This document shows positions 28,814 through 46,878 of a stretch of 64,000 nt of DNA, piece after piece. The DNA comes from an uncultured Planctomycetota bacterium. Its GTDB lineage: Bacteria; Planctomycetota; Planctomycetia; Pirellulales; Lacipirellulaceae. Under the pieces are notes generated by a model. It did no database searches. It was not told where the DNA came from and saw nothing but the letters and a program-made list of their open reading frames with translations. How positions within the stretch are numbered: the stretch's first letter is position 1; each line of letters starts with the position of its first letter. A program made the position numbers and the translations under genes. The DNA is taken from NCBI GenBank assembly GCA_963719315.1, contig CAVRBU010000002.1:1568001-1632000 (forward strand), given 5' to 3'.

Positions 28814-30044
28814 TCAACCGGCCGGCGATTCATCGAATACAGCGTCCCAGGAGTAATAGTTCGGGTCTTGCTGTAGCCCGATGCGATCGCGCAATCGCGA
28901 AGTCCAATGCGCTTTGAAATTCTCCGCTGAATGAAAACGCACGAAGCGCCTGGCCGCCGGCGTCGGCGTTTTCTCTGTTGCATTTTCGATTGCAACACGT
29001 AGCGACGTTGCAAAAGCTCGTTCATCATCCACGTCGACTTGCCAACCCAAATCGAACTCACGAACGGCCCAACCCGTCCAGCCGAAGTTATCGGTAAGCA
29101 CAGGCCTTCCCGCCGCCGCCGCACGAATAATGAAGCTTGAAGACCCCATGCGGAATTTTGCGGGAACGCAAACGACGTTGCTAGCCATGACCCCCAACAT
29201 GAGTTCTTCGACGGTCAAATGACGGTCAATCGTTATGACTTGGCCTGAACGAACTAAATCACCAAAGTCTTTTGCGACACAGCTTCGGACGGTTTCCGAC
29301 ATTGGGCCAGCCAACAACAGCCGATCGTCGGAAGAAAATTTAGCGCGTTGATATGCCGACAGCAGTCGGGCTACACGATTTTGGTCGAACAACACGCCCA
29401 AATACCCTGCATAGCGGCCCGAGGCAGGAATCCCCAATGTCGCTCGCGCGACTTCCGGATCGACCTGTGACACGCCCTCTACCGGATCCGGCATCAGTCG
29501 AAAGTGGTGCGCTCGATCAGGGTACTGTCGGCAGATCGATTCATACGGAATTGGGTCCAAAAAGTGCAGAATCTCCCAATTTGCTTTCGGCACAAACAGT
29601 CGTGACAAAGTACGGCTCAATTGTTTGCGCCGGTGGGGAGCTGGATACGCGAACGTGCTGCGAAAGTTTAGACCCTCAGCTTCTACGCCTGCAGGCCAAC
29701 GGGCCTTCCAACCCACGGATCGCCTGCGCTCCGAGATAAAGTGTTATAAGGTCCGCGTAAGGCACCCATACGTGATCGGCACGATGAGTTCTCACTGCCC
29801 GAAGCAACTCTGCGAACAACTGATGAGCATAGGCGGCTGAGTGGCTCGTCGGAGGCAATTGCTCGTCCCATTCCACTTGTGCCGAAACATCCTGAAGGTG
29901 AAGCGCGAACTGTGGCGTTTGGCTTGCGCCATGGCAGGTGAGGACAGTAGCTTTCTGGTCGATCTCGGCAATGCCGCTGAGTAGATGGCACAGATACGGC
30001 GAGTGGTGGCCCGTTAGGTCAGGCTCCACGATAAGTACTCGCAT
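28814..30044 (-). CDS. Glycosyltransferase (GT-B), frameshift near 29715
   Basis: MRVLIVEPDLTGHH N-terminus. C-terminal half has MPDPVE, LLLAG and SSSFIIRAAAAGRPVL. Confidence 0.75.
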
Positions 30045-30560
30045 CGGCAAACCGGTGGTGGTGCTTGAGCGCCTTAACTCAGAGGCTGTCCGGAAACTAG
30101 ACCTCGGGAATTGCAGAGTCAATTAGTGCTAGCGAGCAATCGCGGACTCTTGATTAAAAGTGTCTGATGAAATCGACCGATCCGTGCGCTCAAAAAAGGC
30201 CCTGAAAACTTGATGCATGTATTCGGACAGCCTCTCAGCTATTTGTCGCCAAGTTCCTTCAACTGTTCAAACCGCGTTGAAACTCTGCAAATTGCGCAAG
30301 CATTATCAAAATGCTAAGCCCTCACGGCCTCGCCCAGGGCTTTATCGTATTCCTGATGTGTCCAGCGATAAGTTCGCTCCATGCCGTCGCGCATCCAAAC
30401 GCGGGCATTTTACTACTCAGAGTTCGGTGAAGTCAATAATCAATTGCAACACAATTGTTTGCCGAGCACCAAGTCATCCGCCGTTCGTATCTGTGTGACA
30501 CCGACCTTTCATTCTCCTCTTCACGTTACACAATGCATTGCGATCGAATTGCTTCCTGGA

Positions 30561-35264
<4,704 letters not shown>

Positions 35265-35830
35265 GCGCTGGTCCCTCAACTTGATTCCGATAGCCACGTC
35301 AGCGACCAATTGCCAACTCGAATCCCCGGCTAAAATGCCAAGCGGCTTGATACCGAAGAGATTTCATGCGGAACGCTGCATCTAGGCAATAGGTGTGCGA
35401 AACAATAAGAACGGTAGAACGAAAGGGCGCAGTACAATGACCGCCAATGGGGCAGCGTAGTTAACGGCCACCGGCGTTCTTCATTTGTCGAACGCATGGT
35501 GAACGGGATCCTTCCGTACACCTACTTACGCCTTCGCCTAAGAAAAAAGGCGTCCGAGTTGCTAAACGCTTTAGCGCAAGAAGATTGATCTGCGACCAGA
35601 TATTTTCCAACAAGAGATTAGAGCAACCTGCAGGAGTAAATCAACCCTAATTGCATGCCAAGTCAACAACCGGAGAAAAAATATCTTCAGCGGATAGTAC
35701 GCAGCGAGAATTCTAGACTGGCGCGATTGAGCAGGCGGCCGTACTGCGACGAGTCACTGCTATTTCAGTACAGCAATTTGTCGCAGTCGTCTCCTATAAG
35801 AGAAGTTATTGAAGGATCGAGAATGCAAAC

Positions 35831-36818
35831 TCAAGTCCTCACGGCTTCACCGCTCTGCACCTTCGAATATTCCTCATGGATCCACCGATAAGTTTGCTCC
35901 ATGCCTTCGCGGAGCGTGATGCCGGAGCCCAGCCGAGAATTTGGATCGGGTGTTATCGCTGTTGCGGCCGTTCACGCCTTTCGGCGCCGACAGATTGTAC
36001 TTGTGCTTGAACTCGGACGCCGGCGATGTCTTCGACCATTTCCACCAGGCCGTTGATCGTCGTCAGCTCGTCCGAGCCAAGATTCAGCGGCTCCTCGATG
36101 TCGCTGTGCATGATCTTGATCGATGCCTTCGACACAGTCGTCGATGTACATGAAGCTACGGGTCTGTTTGCCGTCGCCCCAGATTTCGATTTCTTTCTTG
36201 CCGGTTTCACTCGCATTAATGATCTTGCGGCAAATCGCGGCCGGCGCTTTTTCGCGTCCGCCATCCCAGGTGCCGTGCGGACCATAGACGTTATGGAACC
36301 GCGCCACGCGCGTTATCAGGCCGTAGTCCTCGCGGAAGTGGCGGCACATCCGTTCGGAGAACAACTTCTCCCAACCGTAACCATCTTCTGGCATTGCCGG
36401 ATAGGCGTCGTTTCCTTGAGCGGCACGACATCTTCATTTCTGCTTGTCCGCGTTGTAGACGCACGCGCTGCAGGCGTAGAAGAACCGACCGACTTTGGCT
36501 TCGTGCGCGGCTTGAAGCAAGTGCGTGTTGATCAACACGCTCAGCATGCACAGCGCATTGTTATTTTCGATGAAGCCCATGCCGCCCATATCGGCGGCCA
36601 AGTTGTAGACCTCACTCGCCCCGCGGCAGGCCGCCGAGCACGCATCGCGAATTTCAGATCGGCCACCACATTCTCGACGTCGTCAAACGTTGGTACCATT
36701 CTCGAGTGGCTTGACATCCACGCTGCGAATCCGCGTGAAGCCTTGTCTCGCAGCGCGCGACCAGATGTCCTCCGATAAAACCCCCACCCCCCGCAACTAG
36801 TATCAGCTTATCGCTCAT
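35831..36818 (-). CDS. NAD-dependent epimerase, GDP-mannose 3,5-epimerase-like (several frameshifts)
   Basis: VAGGGGF, YNLAADMGGMGFIENN, PEDGYGWEKLFSE, RFHNVYGP, EKAPAAICRK and WGDGKQTRSF. Confidence 0.88.
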
Positions 36819-37511
36819 TCAAGTACCCTGTTGATAAAAATGCTATCACGACTCAAGATGATTAAGACCTACAACAATGACATTACAAGCCAACTCGCAA
36901 ACCCGGACGATCACCGCACGGACGGGCGAATCGACGATTTTTTACTCCATTTTACCACCGTGTCAACAACTTACCAAACAATCGGTGCCTACGGCGTCAA
37001 TATCCTTCCCACCGCTACGGTGCGACATGCCGTTGCGTCCCCGGTTGGCCCGGCCTCATTTTCTTGACACTGTTTTGGGGCACCGCTAGGATTTACAGAG
37101 CCGAGAGGCAATTGGCTGATGCCGCTATTCGCCTAGATTAAGCGGGGCAATCGGGGCGATGGAAACGTCACTCTTACGGTCCACAAGCTTTCGGGCACGT
37201 AATTGGTCAACCTACGTCTCTGGCCACCCCCGGCAGCCGTGACCCGATAATTTCATCGATTACCTTTTCTGTGATAGCCATTGCTAAGTGCTAGAATTGC
37301 GGCACGGCATTGTAACGATATTACTCATGATTCGTGTGCCGAGTTTCGGTCCTCCGGAGCGATTCTCCTGCACGCAAACCATTGCCCGCCGCTTGAGGCA
37401 GGCGGCAAGATTCATGACCGACATCTTTTGCAATAGACCAAGAATCGGCGGAGATTGGCCATGGGTCGCAGGGAGGGTTATGCAGGCGCCGATCATCAAG
37501 GAGTTCAGGCT

Positions 37512-39092
37512 GTGAAGACCCAGACCGAAGCGACAGAGGATGATATCGGGACGGCCACATTGAGCGCATCCGGCGTGGGCCGGGGCCTATTCCAATCCCA
37601 CATGCGCTACAGTCCGACGGCGGACGAGGCCGACGAAAGTAGCGTTCGTTTGGCCGCTGCCGGATGGCGGGCATTCTCGCGCAAGGTTGGCGCTCAATAC
37701 AGCTTACAGGTCATTCTCAATAGCCTGCCGCTGCTGGCGATGGATATTCTGGCCCTGACCGCGACAATCGCAGCTTGCCGGATCGCGTTCTTTCAGATGG
37801 GTATCCTCGTTGGAATGGACGTATCTGCGTGCCTGTTTCCCATCGCGACTGGTTTCGTTCTACTGAATTTCGAGCTAGGTCTCTATCCGGGCGTGCGACT
37901 GAGTCCGGTTGAGGAATTGCGGCGATTGGTGGTTTCCGTAACTTGCATGTTTGTCGTCTGGGCGGTTGGAGTAGCCGTCTTAAAGCAATCGCTGGGCATT
38001 CAAAGTTGGTTCTTGTTAGTGGTGTATTTCGCCTGCCTCTTCGTGTTGCCCGTTTGCCGCAGTTGGCTGCGCCATTTGCTTGGCAAGTATACGCGCTGGG
38101 GCATTCCGGCGCTCGTGTGCGGAGACGAGGCGGCAACCGTCCGCGTCTATCGGTGGCTCGCCGACAATCATCATTTAGGGTTGCGTCCGGTCGGCGTGAT
38201 TGGTGACCGGAAGACGCTTGATGTCGGTCCCGGCGACTCATGGTACGCCGGGTCGTGGAACGAAACGGAGGAAATCGCGGAAAAACGGCGGGTATTCTGG
38301 GCTGTTGTGGTCCCTTCTGAAGATAAGCCAGCCGCGACTTCCTCGCACCTAGCCGACCACCTCTATACGATTCCGCAGGTTCATGTGTTATCCGAGCTGA
38401 CGGGTCTGCCGGACCACTGGAATCCGCAACAACTCGATGGCCTCACCGGCATCCATTTGCAACAGAACCTGATGCTGCCGCTGCCGCAGTTGACGAAACG
38501 CTGCATGGATTTTGCCCTTGCGATTATTGGCGGCCTATTTTTGCTTCCATTGTTTTTCTATTTGGCAGTTGCGGTAAAGCTGTCGTCGCGCGGGCCAATC
38601 CTGTACGGCCATAAGCGGATCGGTCGCTACGGCAAGTCCTTTAAGGCCTGGAAGTTTCGCACAATGTTCGAGGATTCCAACTTGGTTTTGGATCAGTACC
38701 TGGAAGCCAATCCCGAGTTGCAGGAAGAATGGCAGCGCGACCACAAACTGCGATTTGATCCCCGCGTCACGCGCATCGGACGATTCCTGCGCAAGACCAG
38801 CCTCGACGAGTTGCCGCAACTTTGGAATGTGATCCAGGGCGATATGAGCCTGGTCGGACCGCGGCCCATCGTCACCGACGAGATCGTCAAGTACGGCCGC
38901 TACTATGGTTTGTACACGATGGTCAAGCCGGGCATCACCGGACTGTGGCAGGTTTCCGGCCGAAACAACACGACCTACGATGAGCGTGTCCAGCTCGACG
39001 GTTACTACGTTCGCAACTGGTCGCCGTGGATCGATGTCGTGCTGCTTCTGAAGACGATCCGTATCGTGTTGTGCGCACGGGGTGCATATTGA
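37512..39092 (+). CDS. wbaP: Undecaprenyl-phosphate glycosylphosphotransferase (WbaP-like); start approximate
   Basis: N-terminal TM helices, [44 protein letters not shown] and [13 protein letters not shown]. Confidence 0.9.
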   Translation: MKTQTEATEDDIGTATLSASGVGRGLFQSHMRYSPTADEADESSVRLAAAGWRAFSRKVGAQYSLQVILNSLPLLAMDILALTATIAACRIAFFQMGILVGMDVSACLFPIATGFVLLNFELGLYPGVRLSPVEELRRLVVSVTCMFVVWAVGVAVLKQSLGIQSWFLLVVYFACLFVLPVCRSWLRHLLGKYTRWGIPALVCGDEAATVRVYRWLADNHHLGLRPVGVIGDRKTLDVGPGDSWYAGSWNETEEIAEKRRVFWAVVVPSEDKPAATSSHLADHLYTIPQVHVLSELTGLPDHWNPQQLDGLTGIHLQQNLMLPLPQLTKRCMDFALAIIGGLFLLPLFFYLAVAVKLSSRGPILYGHKRIGRYGKSFKAWKFRTMFEDSNLVLDQYLEANPELQEEWQRDHKLRFDPRVTRIGRFLRKTSLDELPQLWNVIQGDMSLVGPRPIVTDEIVKYGRYYGLYTMVKPGITGLWQVSGRNNTTYDERVQLDGYYVRNWSPWIDVVLLLKTIRIVLCARGAY

Positions 39093-40295
39093 CCGGCAAC
39101 CTTTATCGGGACAATCGGCCCGGACTGGCGATAATCGCTAACGTGCTGACGCCGTACCGCATCAATCTTCATAGGTTGATCGCGGTGGGTATTCCCGAGT
39201 TGAAACTTCAGACGCTCGTGACGCACGGCCCCGATGACTTCGCTTGGGATTTACAGCCGCCCGAATCAATTCATGTCCGCTTTTTTGGTTCCAAAGATGA
39301 TTCGCCGACTGCCCGCATGTTTCGCAGGCCGATCTCGGAATGGCGAAAGGGCCGGAGACTTATCGAGTATCTGAGGCAAAACGACATTCGGGCCGTCATC
39401 ATGTCGGGTTATCGTTACATCTCATATCTCCACACGATTCGTTACTGCGGCTTAAACCGTCTCCCATTGTTCGTCAACAACGACAGCAATATCCGCGGCG
39501 ACCGGCGGCTCTCGGCTACGAAACGACGCGTGAAGAAGCAGCTTTATTCCTGGTGGTTGCGGCGCTCGTCAGGTGTCATGTCAATGGGGGATTATGGCGA
39601 CCAGTTTTTCACGTACTACGGCGCCGATCCGAGCCGGATATATCGCGTGCCCTGTTGGCCCGATTATGACGCTTTTGCACACGTGAACACCCAACGATTA
39701 CATCAATTCCGTCAGAAATTCGGATTACTTCCCGACCGGAAGTTTATTCTCTTTAGCGGTCGCCTCGTGGCACTAAAGCGCGTAGACTTGCTCATCGACG
39801 CCTTTGCCGCCATCGCTGCCCAGCGGCCGGATTGGGACTTGCTGATCGTGGGCGATGGCGTTTTGCGCGACGAGCTACAGTGCCGCGTACCTGTCTCATT
39901 GCGGCAGCAGCTTTGCCTGGACTGGCTTTTTGGATGGGCCGGAGATCGCCCTTGCGTATCATGCTGCGGAGGTTTTGGTAGTGCCGAGCGACCGAGACGC
40001 GTGGGGACTCGTGGTGCTGGAAGCGATGGCAGCCGGCTTGACCGTGGTCGCCAGCGACGTTGTCGGGGCTTCGCACGAACTGGTAACCGACGGTGTCAGT
40101 GGCAGGATTTTTGCAACTGGTGATTGCGAATCGCTAGGGCAAGCCCTCCAGGACGTAACGCACCAAGATCACATCGCGTCGTATAAACAACAGGCAACAG
40201 CGGCCTTGCATCAATATCGCCAAAGAGTAGATCCGGTGGCCGAGATTCGCCGGGCTCTGATGAACGTCGGCGTTCTAAAACATTCCCGCACCTGA
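39089..40295 (+). CDS. GT4 glycosyltransferase (frameshift near 39910)
   Basis: TPYR, LFSGRLVALKRVDLL and PSDRDAWGLVVLEAMAAG. TTGA overlap with the wbaP stop codon. Confidence 0.87.
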
Positions 40296-40327
40296 ATAAA
40301 CGATAAATACAAGTTCCCTTCTGTCAA

Positions 40328-41750
40328 ATGCCCCATAGCGACCCACTAGTTCCATTCGGTATTGCCATCATTATTATTGTTGGCTTGTTTATCGCGATAC
40401 CTTTTCTTCGTCGGAAAAGCGATCTCCTGACCAGTTGGAATACGCTGCTTCTGGGCTTTATCATTTTTGCGGGTCTCGGATCCATTGAGGTAAATCGTGT
40501 TCCCTATTTTAGTTTTGAACAATTAGAATTGGTTTCAACCTTCCGCGAAGGAAGTGCATTGGTACATGATGGCCGTAACGGCATTCATCGTGACTCTACT
40601 GGCCTCCTACTACTTTAATTCACCGGCAAAGAGATTTGCACAGAAAAGGCTTCGGAATTGGCCCGAGTTGAGGGAGCCGCTGACATTTTTTGTACTCGGA
40701 ATTTGTTTTATTGTCATTGCGGCATCAATTGTTTTTCGGCGCATACCTTTGTCGGTCCGGCGACGTTTAATTTGGCGGTGGCAGGGTTACCCGCCACATG
40801 TGTTCTTAGTTTCGCCCTTTGGGATCGAAATCGGCTTAATCCGGGTTGGCTATTTCTCTTTATCGGCGTGTTCGTTTCCGCGGCGGTTTACGCTATGATT
40901 GTCAGCGGTGGTCGGCGACTCTTGCTGGCATTGTTTCTTGCACCCTTACTGTATCTTTATTGGAGCCGCGTGCGATATTGGAAGCCGTCGCGGGTGTTGG
41001 CGGCGACCGCATTCGCTGGCGTACTGATACTGGCCGTTAGCGTATTGTATTCAAATTTTCGCTTTTACAATGCGCACACACGTGAAAATCGAACGGCCAC
41101 TGGAGTTCTTTACCGATTAAGTAAGCTTCGGCAGGGGGTGATGTATTCGATCTGTTTTTAAGAAATCGGCTGAACTATCTTTCGCAAAGTAATGCCCATT
41201 ATTCGCTGCTGGCACAAGGTACATTGCCCGAGGCGAGTTGACTCCCGTACCACTCAATACTTTAAGATTCCTCGTCTGCTACCCAATTCCCCGCAAGATT
41301 TGGCCCGGCAAACCCGAAGTGGTTGGATTGACGATGCCTCGTGACGTGGCCCATCTATCCTCGAATTCGGGAGTTGGAATCGCCGGTCATGGGGCCTACG
41401 AAGGGGGTGTTCTCGCACTGATGTTATACGCCTTCTTATTGGCCTTCGGCGTGCGGATTCTGGACGAACCACTACGACTGCAACCGGCCAATCCGTTTCT
41501 CGTCTACATGCAGGCGAGTGCTATGCCTCATTTGGTGGCGATGCCACGCGGTGACCTTGGTATTATGGTGGCCAATGTGGCCCAAAGTGTTTTATTTTAC
41601 TATTTTTCTGCTTCTTGGGATTAGTGTGCCGAGTTTTCTTCGGCACCAGAAAACAATCAGTGACTTTGCCCACCCAGACTCCGGTGCAAAGGGGTTTCGG
41701 TCCAGGGCAGCGGGTCGCTCGAATCCCCGGGGCCAGGTTCTGAAGCATTG
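40328..41750 (+). CDS. Polytopic membrane protein, putative Wzy polymerase (several frameshifts)
   Basis: Consecutive hydrophobic fragments containing SGGRR and YPIPRKIWPGKP, located between glycosyltransferase genes. Confidence 0.6.
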
Positions 41751-41954
41751 ACGGTTAAGAATCTCTTCGAAGTAACGGTCAAAGACGATTGCGGCAATTT
41801 GCACGCGAACGTTTTTGTCGTGAGCAGCTTTTTTGCCCAATGGCGAGTTCGCTGAAGTGGGCAGTCGGAGCAGTGCAACTATTTGCAATCTTCTCTTAAG
41901 CGCGGGATCATTCGGCGATAGGGTTGGAACTCCGCATTCGTGATCGGAACATCG

Positions 41955-43110
41955 ATGCCTAACGACCCTTCCATGTCCGCCTCGGATCTTCGAAAGTTGG
42001 ATTCCCCTGTCGTGGCCATTGGACCGCTCCTCCGCCCGTTACAGGATGACGCTGTCACCGCAAAGTCGTCGAGCGATCCCGGGAACCGGTCAGGTCGAGA
42101 TTTTGAACATGACGCCTCGGCCAATCACAACCTGGCTCGTCTTTCGTGCAAGCGATTTCTGCGCACGCTGCTTGCTTCTCGGCGACTATTGCTGCGCGGC
42201 CGCGCCGGAAACGCCCGTTTATACGTCACCGCCAATTCAAAGGAGGGACTTTTGACGACCCTCGCCCTGGTAATCGCGGGGCGGCTACTCGGATACCCGG
42301 TTTACTTGCATCACCATACATATTTCTATATCGATCGGTACGATTGGCGAATGGCATTGATCGACCGTGCTATGGGCGAACGCGGCGTGCATGTCGTCCA
42401 TTGTCCGCAAATGGCGGCTGACTTTCGCTCCCAATACGATACCAGGCTCTCTTTCCATTACGTTGTTCCAGTATTTTTTCATTGCCGTTGGCGTCGCAGC
42501 CCAGGCAGCAGCGGTGCCGATGCGGCTTGGACACGTCGGAAACTTGTCGCTCGAAAAGGGGTTAGAGCTGGTGCTACAAACGTTACGCGAATTGCTGAAA
42601 GCGGGAAGCCAAGTCCGACTCCGTCTGGCCGGCCCTTGTTTCACCGCTGCTGCCGAGCGACTGGTCAATGAGGCGTTGCGAGAGTTTCCCGATCACATCG
42701 AGTATCTGGGCCCAGTTTACCGGCGCGAAAAACTTGATTTCTTCAGTGCGATCGATTGCTTCCTGTTTCCGTCGCGCAGCGAATCGTGGGGCATCGTGCT
42801 CAATGAAGCTATGGCTGCCGGTGTGCCGGTCATTTCTAGCCGGCACGGCTGTATTTCAACCCAAGTCGGCGAACATGCCGGCCTCGTAATCGACGATCCA
42901 AGGAATTTGTGCCGCGTGCTGTCAAGCAGATCGTGCATTGGATCGGCGATCCAGAAACGTATCGCGCTGCGTCGCTGGCGGCTGTCGAGCGAGCCGATGC
43001 TCTTGATCGCGAAGGGGATCTCACGCTCGACCGGTTTGTCGAGCATTTGAGGTCCGCAGAGTCAGAAGTATCGAATCGCCGGCCAACGTTTAAACAGCGT
43101 GTCGTTGTCC
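41955..43110 (+). CDS. GT4 glycosyltransferase (frameshifts; 3' end runs into the IS3 remnant)
   Basis: GHVGNLSLEKGL, YLGPVY and FPSRSESWGIVLNEAMAAG. Confidence 0.8.
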
Positions 43111-43114
43111 GCGC

Positions 43115-43282
43115 CGGAGAGCTGTGGTCTTGTCGCCCCGGCACGCCGCCAGTGCTACCTTCGCCTTGAACGCACCGCTAAAACTCCGTCGCTTCCGAGC
43201 CATCCTCCGAACCTCCTGATAGGCCATCCCACAGCGGGGATTTTATACCTTATCAGGGCCCCAGTTTTTGGGGTCCACCTCA
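43115..43282 (-). mobile_element. IS3-family left-end remnant with truncated OrfA
   Basis: Minus strand starts TGAGGTGGACCCCAAAAACTGGGG, with a GGAGG RBS, then ATG 43203: MARKRRSFSGAFKAKVALAACRGDKTTA (HTH_Tnp_1-like), truncated. Confidence 0.8.
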
Positions 43283-43588
43283 GTTGCCCCGTTTACCACG
43301 CCAACGCAAGGCTGCGGACCGGCTGCTGGAATACGTTGCTTCGCTTCGGGAGATGATTCGCTACCCAGAGTTCCGCGAGCGCGGTTGGCAAATCGGCTCT
43401 GGCCCGACCGAGGCCCAATGCAAACTGACCGTCGGTCGCTTGAAAGGTCGCTCGCGGCGCTGGGATCGGCCCAACGCAGCCGCTGTGACTGCCCTCGATT
43501 CACTCGAACGGAGCGGTCAATGGCACATTTACTTCCCAAACCCTTCTACCGCCGCCGCTTAACCACCGCCAGAAGTTTGGGCAGACCC
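43283..43588 (+). mobile_element. ISKra4/ISLre2-like transposase 3' remnant with right end
   Basis: MIRYPEFRERGWQIGSGPTEAQCK...RLKG...RW, stop at 43562, then the end-like sequence ccagaagtttgggcagaccc. Confidence 0.78.
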
Positions 43589-43717
43589 GCACGAGGCTGG
43601 TATTTGACGCGGCCCCGCCATTAATTCATAATGAAATATCCTAAGCGAAGCCTCTTTTGAAGCCGAAGTGAACCGGATCTACGGTGCCTCTCGGACCGCT
43701 TGCGAGGGAGCGGCAGC

Positions 43718-45144
43718 GTGATCTTTAACAGCTTCACTTTCCTCATCTTTCTCGGAATCTTTCTCGCCTGCTATTTCGCCACGCGTGGAAGCGTCCGTCT
43801 ATCGGTATGCCTGGCCGGTAGCTAACCTTCTACGGCTGGTGGGATTACCGATTTCTTACGCTCATCATCGTTTCAACGTTGATTGACTATTTCATCGCCT
43901 TGGCGCTTGAGCGTACGGAGAACCCGAAGATGCGAAGACTGCAAATCACGCTCAGTCTTTGCGCAAATCTGGGCCTCTTGGGTTTCTTTAAGTACTTCAA
44001 TTTTTTTGTTGTCTCATTTTACCACGTCGCTCAAACACTGGGCCTCGCCGGAAATGTCTCGACGTTGAACATCATTCTACCAGTCGGAATTTCCTTCTAT
44101 ACGTTTCAGACAATGAGCTACGGCATCGACGTGTACCGCAAAGAAATACGCGCGGAACACAGCCTACTGCGATTCGCAACCTTTGTGGCTTTTTTCCCGC
44201 AACTTGTCGCTGGGCCAATCGTGCGAGCACGTGATTTCATACCCCAGCTCTACGTGGACCATCCTTTTGATTGGGAGCGAACGATCTCCGGCATTGGACT
44301 GGTGCTCGTCGGCTATTTCAAAAAAATCGTGATAGCGGACGGTGCAGCTTTGGTTGTCGATCGTGTGTTTGCCGATCCCTCGTTACAGTCGTCGCTGAGT
44401 CTGATAATTGGAATTGTGCTATATGCGTTCCAGATCTATTGCGACTTTTCCGGTTACTCGGATATCGCCATTGGGTTGGCCCGAATTATGGGTTTCGATT
44501 TCCCTGTCAACTTCCTAACCCCGTATATTTCTACGAGCTTCAGTGAATTCTGGCATCGCTGGCATATCTCACTCTCGACGTGGCTGAAAGACTACCTATA
44601 CATTCCGCTGGGCGGGAACCGTCATGGTAGGTTTAACACGTACCGCAACCTCATGATTACCATGCTGCTCGGAGGGCTCTGGCACGGCGACGACTGGAAG
44701 TTCGTTATTTGGGGCGGACTTCATGGTACGTATCTTGTGCTCCAACGCTTCACCGGCAATTTCTGGCATCGCATTAAGTATGCTCTGCGTTTGCCCAATT
44801 GGCTTAACGACGCAATACTTGTGATACTCGTCTTCTCTCTCACCTGCGTTGCCTGGTTTTTCTTTCGGGCGGATTCGGCGGCCGACGCCTGGAAAATGCT
44901 GACGCGAATTGTCAGGCTGGAAGATTTTCGCTTGGCATCAATCCGAAATCAAATATTAGTTGCCAAATCGTTATTCGTTATCATGCTACTCCTAGTCGCG
45001 GAATCTGCGAATCGGCGATTTAACCTCCGCAAGCTTCTGCTGGGATCTCCTGCCTTTTGTGTCTTGGCGTTCTCCGCACTCCTCTGGTCGATCGTATTGT
45101 TCGGCGTCTTTGGGAACAACCAATTCATTTACTTCCAATTCTGA
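43718..45144 (+). CDS. MBOAT O-acyltransferase, AlgI/PatA-like (frameshift near 43825)
   Basis: GTG start MIFNSFTFLIF; LPVGISFYTFQ, FFPQLVAGPIVR, DFSGYSDIAIG, FWHRWHISLSTW and GLWHG. Confidence 0.93.
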
Positions 45145-45154
45145 GCACCTTGCC

Positions 45155-46034
45155 ATGAATCGCTGGGGAATTATTTTCCTTACAATCGTTACTTTTTTCG
45201 TCGGCGATCGACTTGGGGCCTACGTTTTGGAAAGATTGCTCTACAGAAGCCCGCAGCGTTTTCCATCGATGTACGAAGGAAATTTTGACGCGGATGTCGT
45301 TTGTATTGGAAATTCTCGCGGGCTTTATGGGTTTGATTTGGAGCTGGTTAAAGAGCGTACCGGCCGACCAATAGTGAACCTCAGCCACAACGGGATGACG
45401 CCGCGGATTGCCCGCGCAATCTTCGCCGATTATCTGGCCCACAACCGAAAACCAAAAACTCTCATCGTCGAACTATCCTTCCTGACCTCGCAAACTTCTT
45501 CCGCAACAGTCCTCGACTACAAGCCATTCTGGAATCGATCCAAACGCTTGCGAGAGCTTGGCGCAACGTTTAGCAGCGATTCTATCATCGCGTGCAGTCT
45601 TCTGCATCTCTATCGATATAACAGCGAGATGTACTTTCGCGCCATTTACTACTGGCTTCGCGGCAAGAGCGATCAGAACGGCTTCATGAACTTTCAAATA
45701 ACTTCCGATCTCATCGCTGAAACTGAAGAATTGCAGCCGTTTCGTCTGCAAATTGATTCGGAGGAGCTCGCGGCACTGAAAGAATTGATCCAAACTCCGC
45801 ACGAGAGTGGCGTGACTGTCCGACCGGTCTTGGCACCGTACTTTCCAGCTTATGCTAACCGGATCACTAATTTGGACGATTTTCTAGCGGAGTTCACTCG
45901 AGCAACTGGCCTGGGTGCGATCGATTGTTCGCGCCGAGAATCAGTCCAGCCACTTTGCCGATCGCGTGCACATGAACCGTTCTGGTGCACAAGACTTTAC
46001 GAAATCGCTGATCCAGCAGGGTGCTTTCGATTAG
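45155..46034 (+). CDS. Periplasmic SGNH-like protein, probable O-acylation partner of the MBOAT (frameshift near 45940)
   Basis: N-terminal TM anchor and IGNSR (block I Ser). The shifted frame gives FADRVHMNRSGA (DxxH), ending GAFD* at 46034. Confidence 0.72.
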
Positions 46035-46080
46035 CAAAACCGGTCGATGCCCCGATTAACGTACGGCATGACGACTCCGT

Positions 46081-46878
46081 TCATGACCAAAAAATGCCGC
46101 AACGGCCCCGTTTTTGTCGCTCATCGGCGCTGCGACAAAGACAAAACTGAAATGGCGCGAATCGGCGAAGAGGCCCGCGGCGGGAAGCACGGTCGAGGAT
46201 ATAAACCACTGGCAGCACCGGATATTTGTACAACGCACGCGGCACGTGAACATGCCCAACCTGCTGCACGCACTCTAATCCCGCCTCGGCGATCCAACGC
46301 CGCATTTCCGTCGGGCGTTCCCACCGCGAATAGACAGCTTGCGCAATCGCCTTGCGGCGCTCGTTGATCCTTCGTGCAGCCGGCCAGTAGAAGCTGTGCA
46401 GATTGGCATGGTTGAACAGCAGCGTCGCACAGGGCCGGGTCACACGCGCCAGTTGTTGCAACGCATCGCCCGGTCGCTCCAAATGGTTGAATACGTTGAG
46501 CGATATCGTGTGATCGAAGGAATTGTCCTCGAAGGGCAATTCGTAAATCGATCCCTCGACATATGCCTCCACACCATCACCGGCTCCGGCCTCGACAATT
46601 TTCTGCCGGGCTTCAGCCAGCATTTGCGGTGAAATGTCAGCCAACGTTAACCGATTATGCTTTTGCAATAAGGGTATAGAGAACCTCGCGGTACCCGACC
46701 CGACCTCCAATATGGAGCCATTTTGCCGATCAGCGCACAGCGATTGCAGAATCAATTGTTGGGCACGATTCGTGAACGCACCACCTTTGCTGGCCCAGCG
46801 TTGGCGATCATACGTCTTGCTATCGACGTTGTAAAACGAGCGGTTCGACGATTCGCCGATTGGTGCGCCGTCTGTCAC
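46081..46878 (-). CDS. Class I SAM-dependent methyltransferase
   Basis: ILEVGSGTARF, ADISPQML and LPFEDNSFD. GTGA overlap with the upstream GT gene. Confidence 0.88.
   Translation of the reverse strand: MTDGAPIGESSNRSFYNVDSKTYDRQRWASKGGAFTNRAQQLILQSLCADRQNGSILEVGSGTARFSIPLLQKHNRLTLADISPQMLAEARQKIVEAGAGDGVEAYVEGSIYELPFEDNSFDHTISLNVFNHLERPGDALQQLARVTRPCATLLFNHANLHSFYWPAARRINERRKAIAQAVYSRWERPTEMRRWIAEAGLECVQQVGHVHVPRALYKYPVLPVVYILDRASRRGPLRRFAPFQFCLCRSADERQKRGRCGIFWS

Noticed and set aside
37190..37315. GGCAC motifs upstream of wbaP as sigma54 promoters
   Set aside because: The -24/-12 spacing and the GC dinucleotide do not match the consensus.
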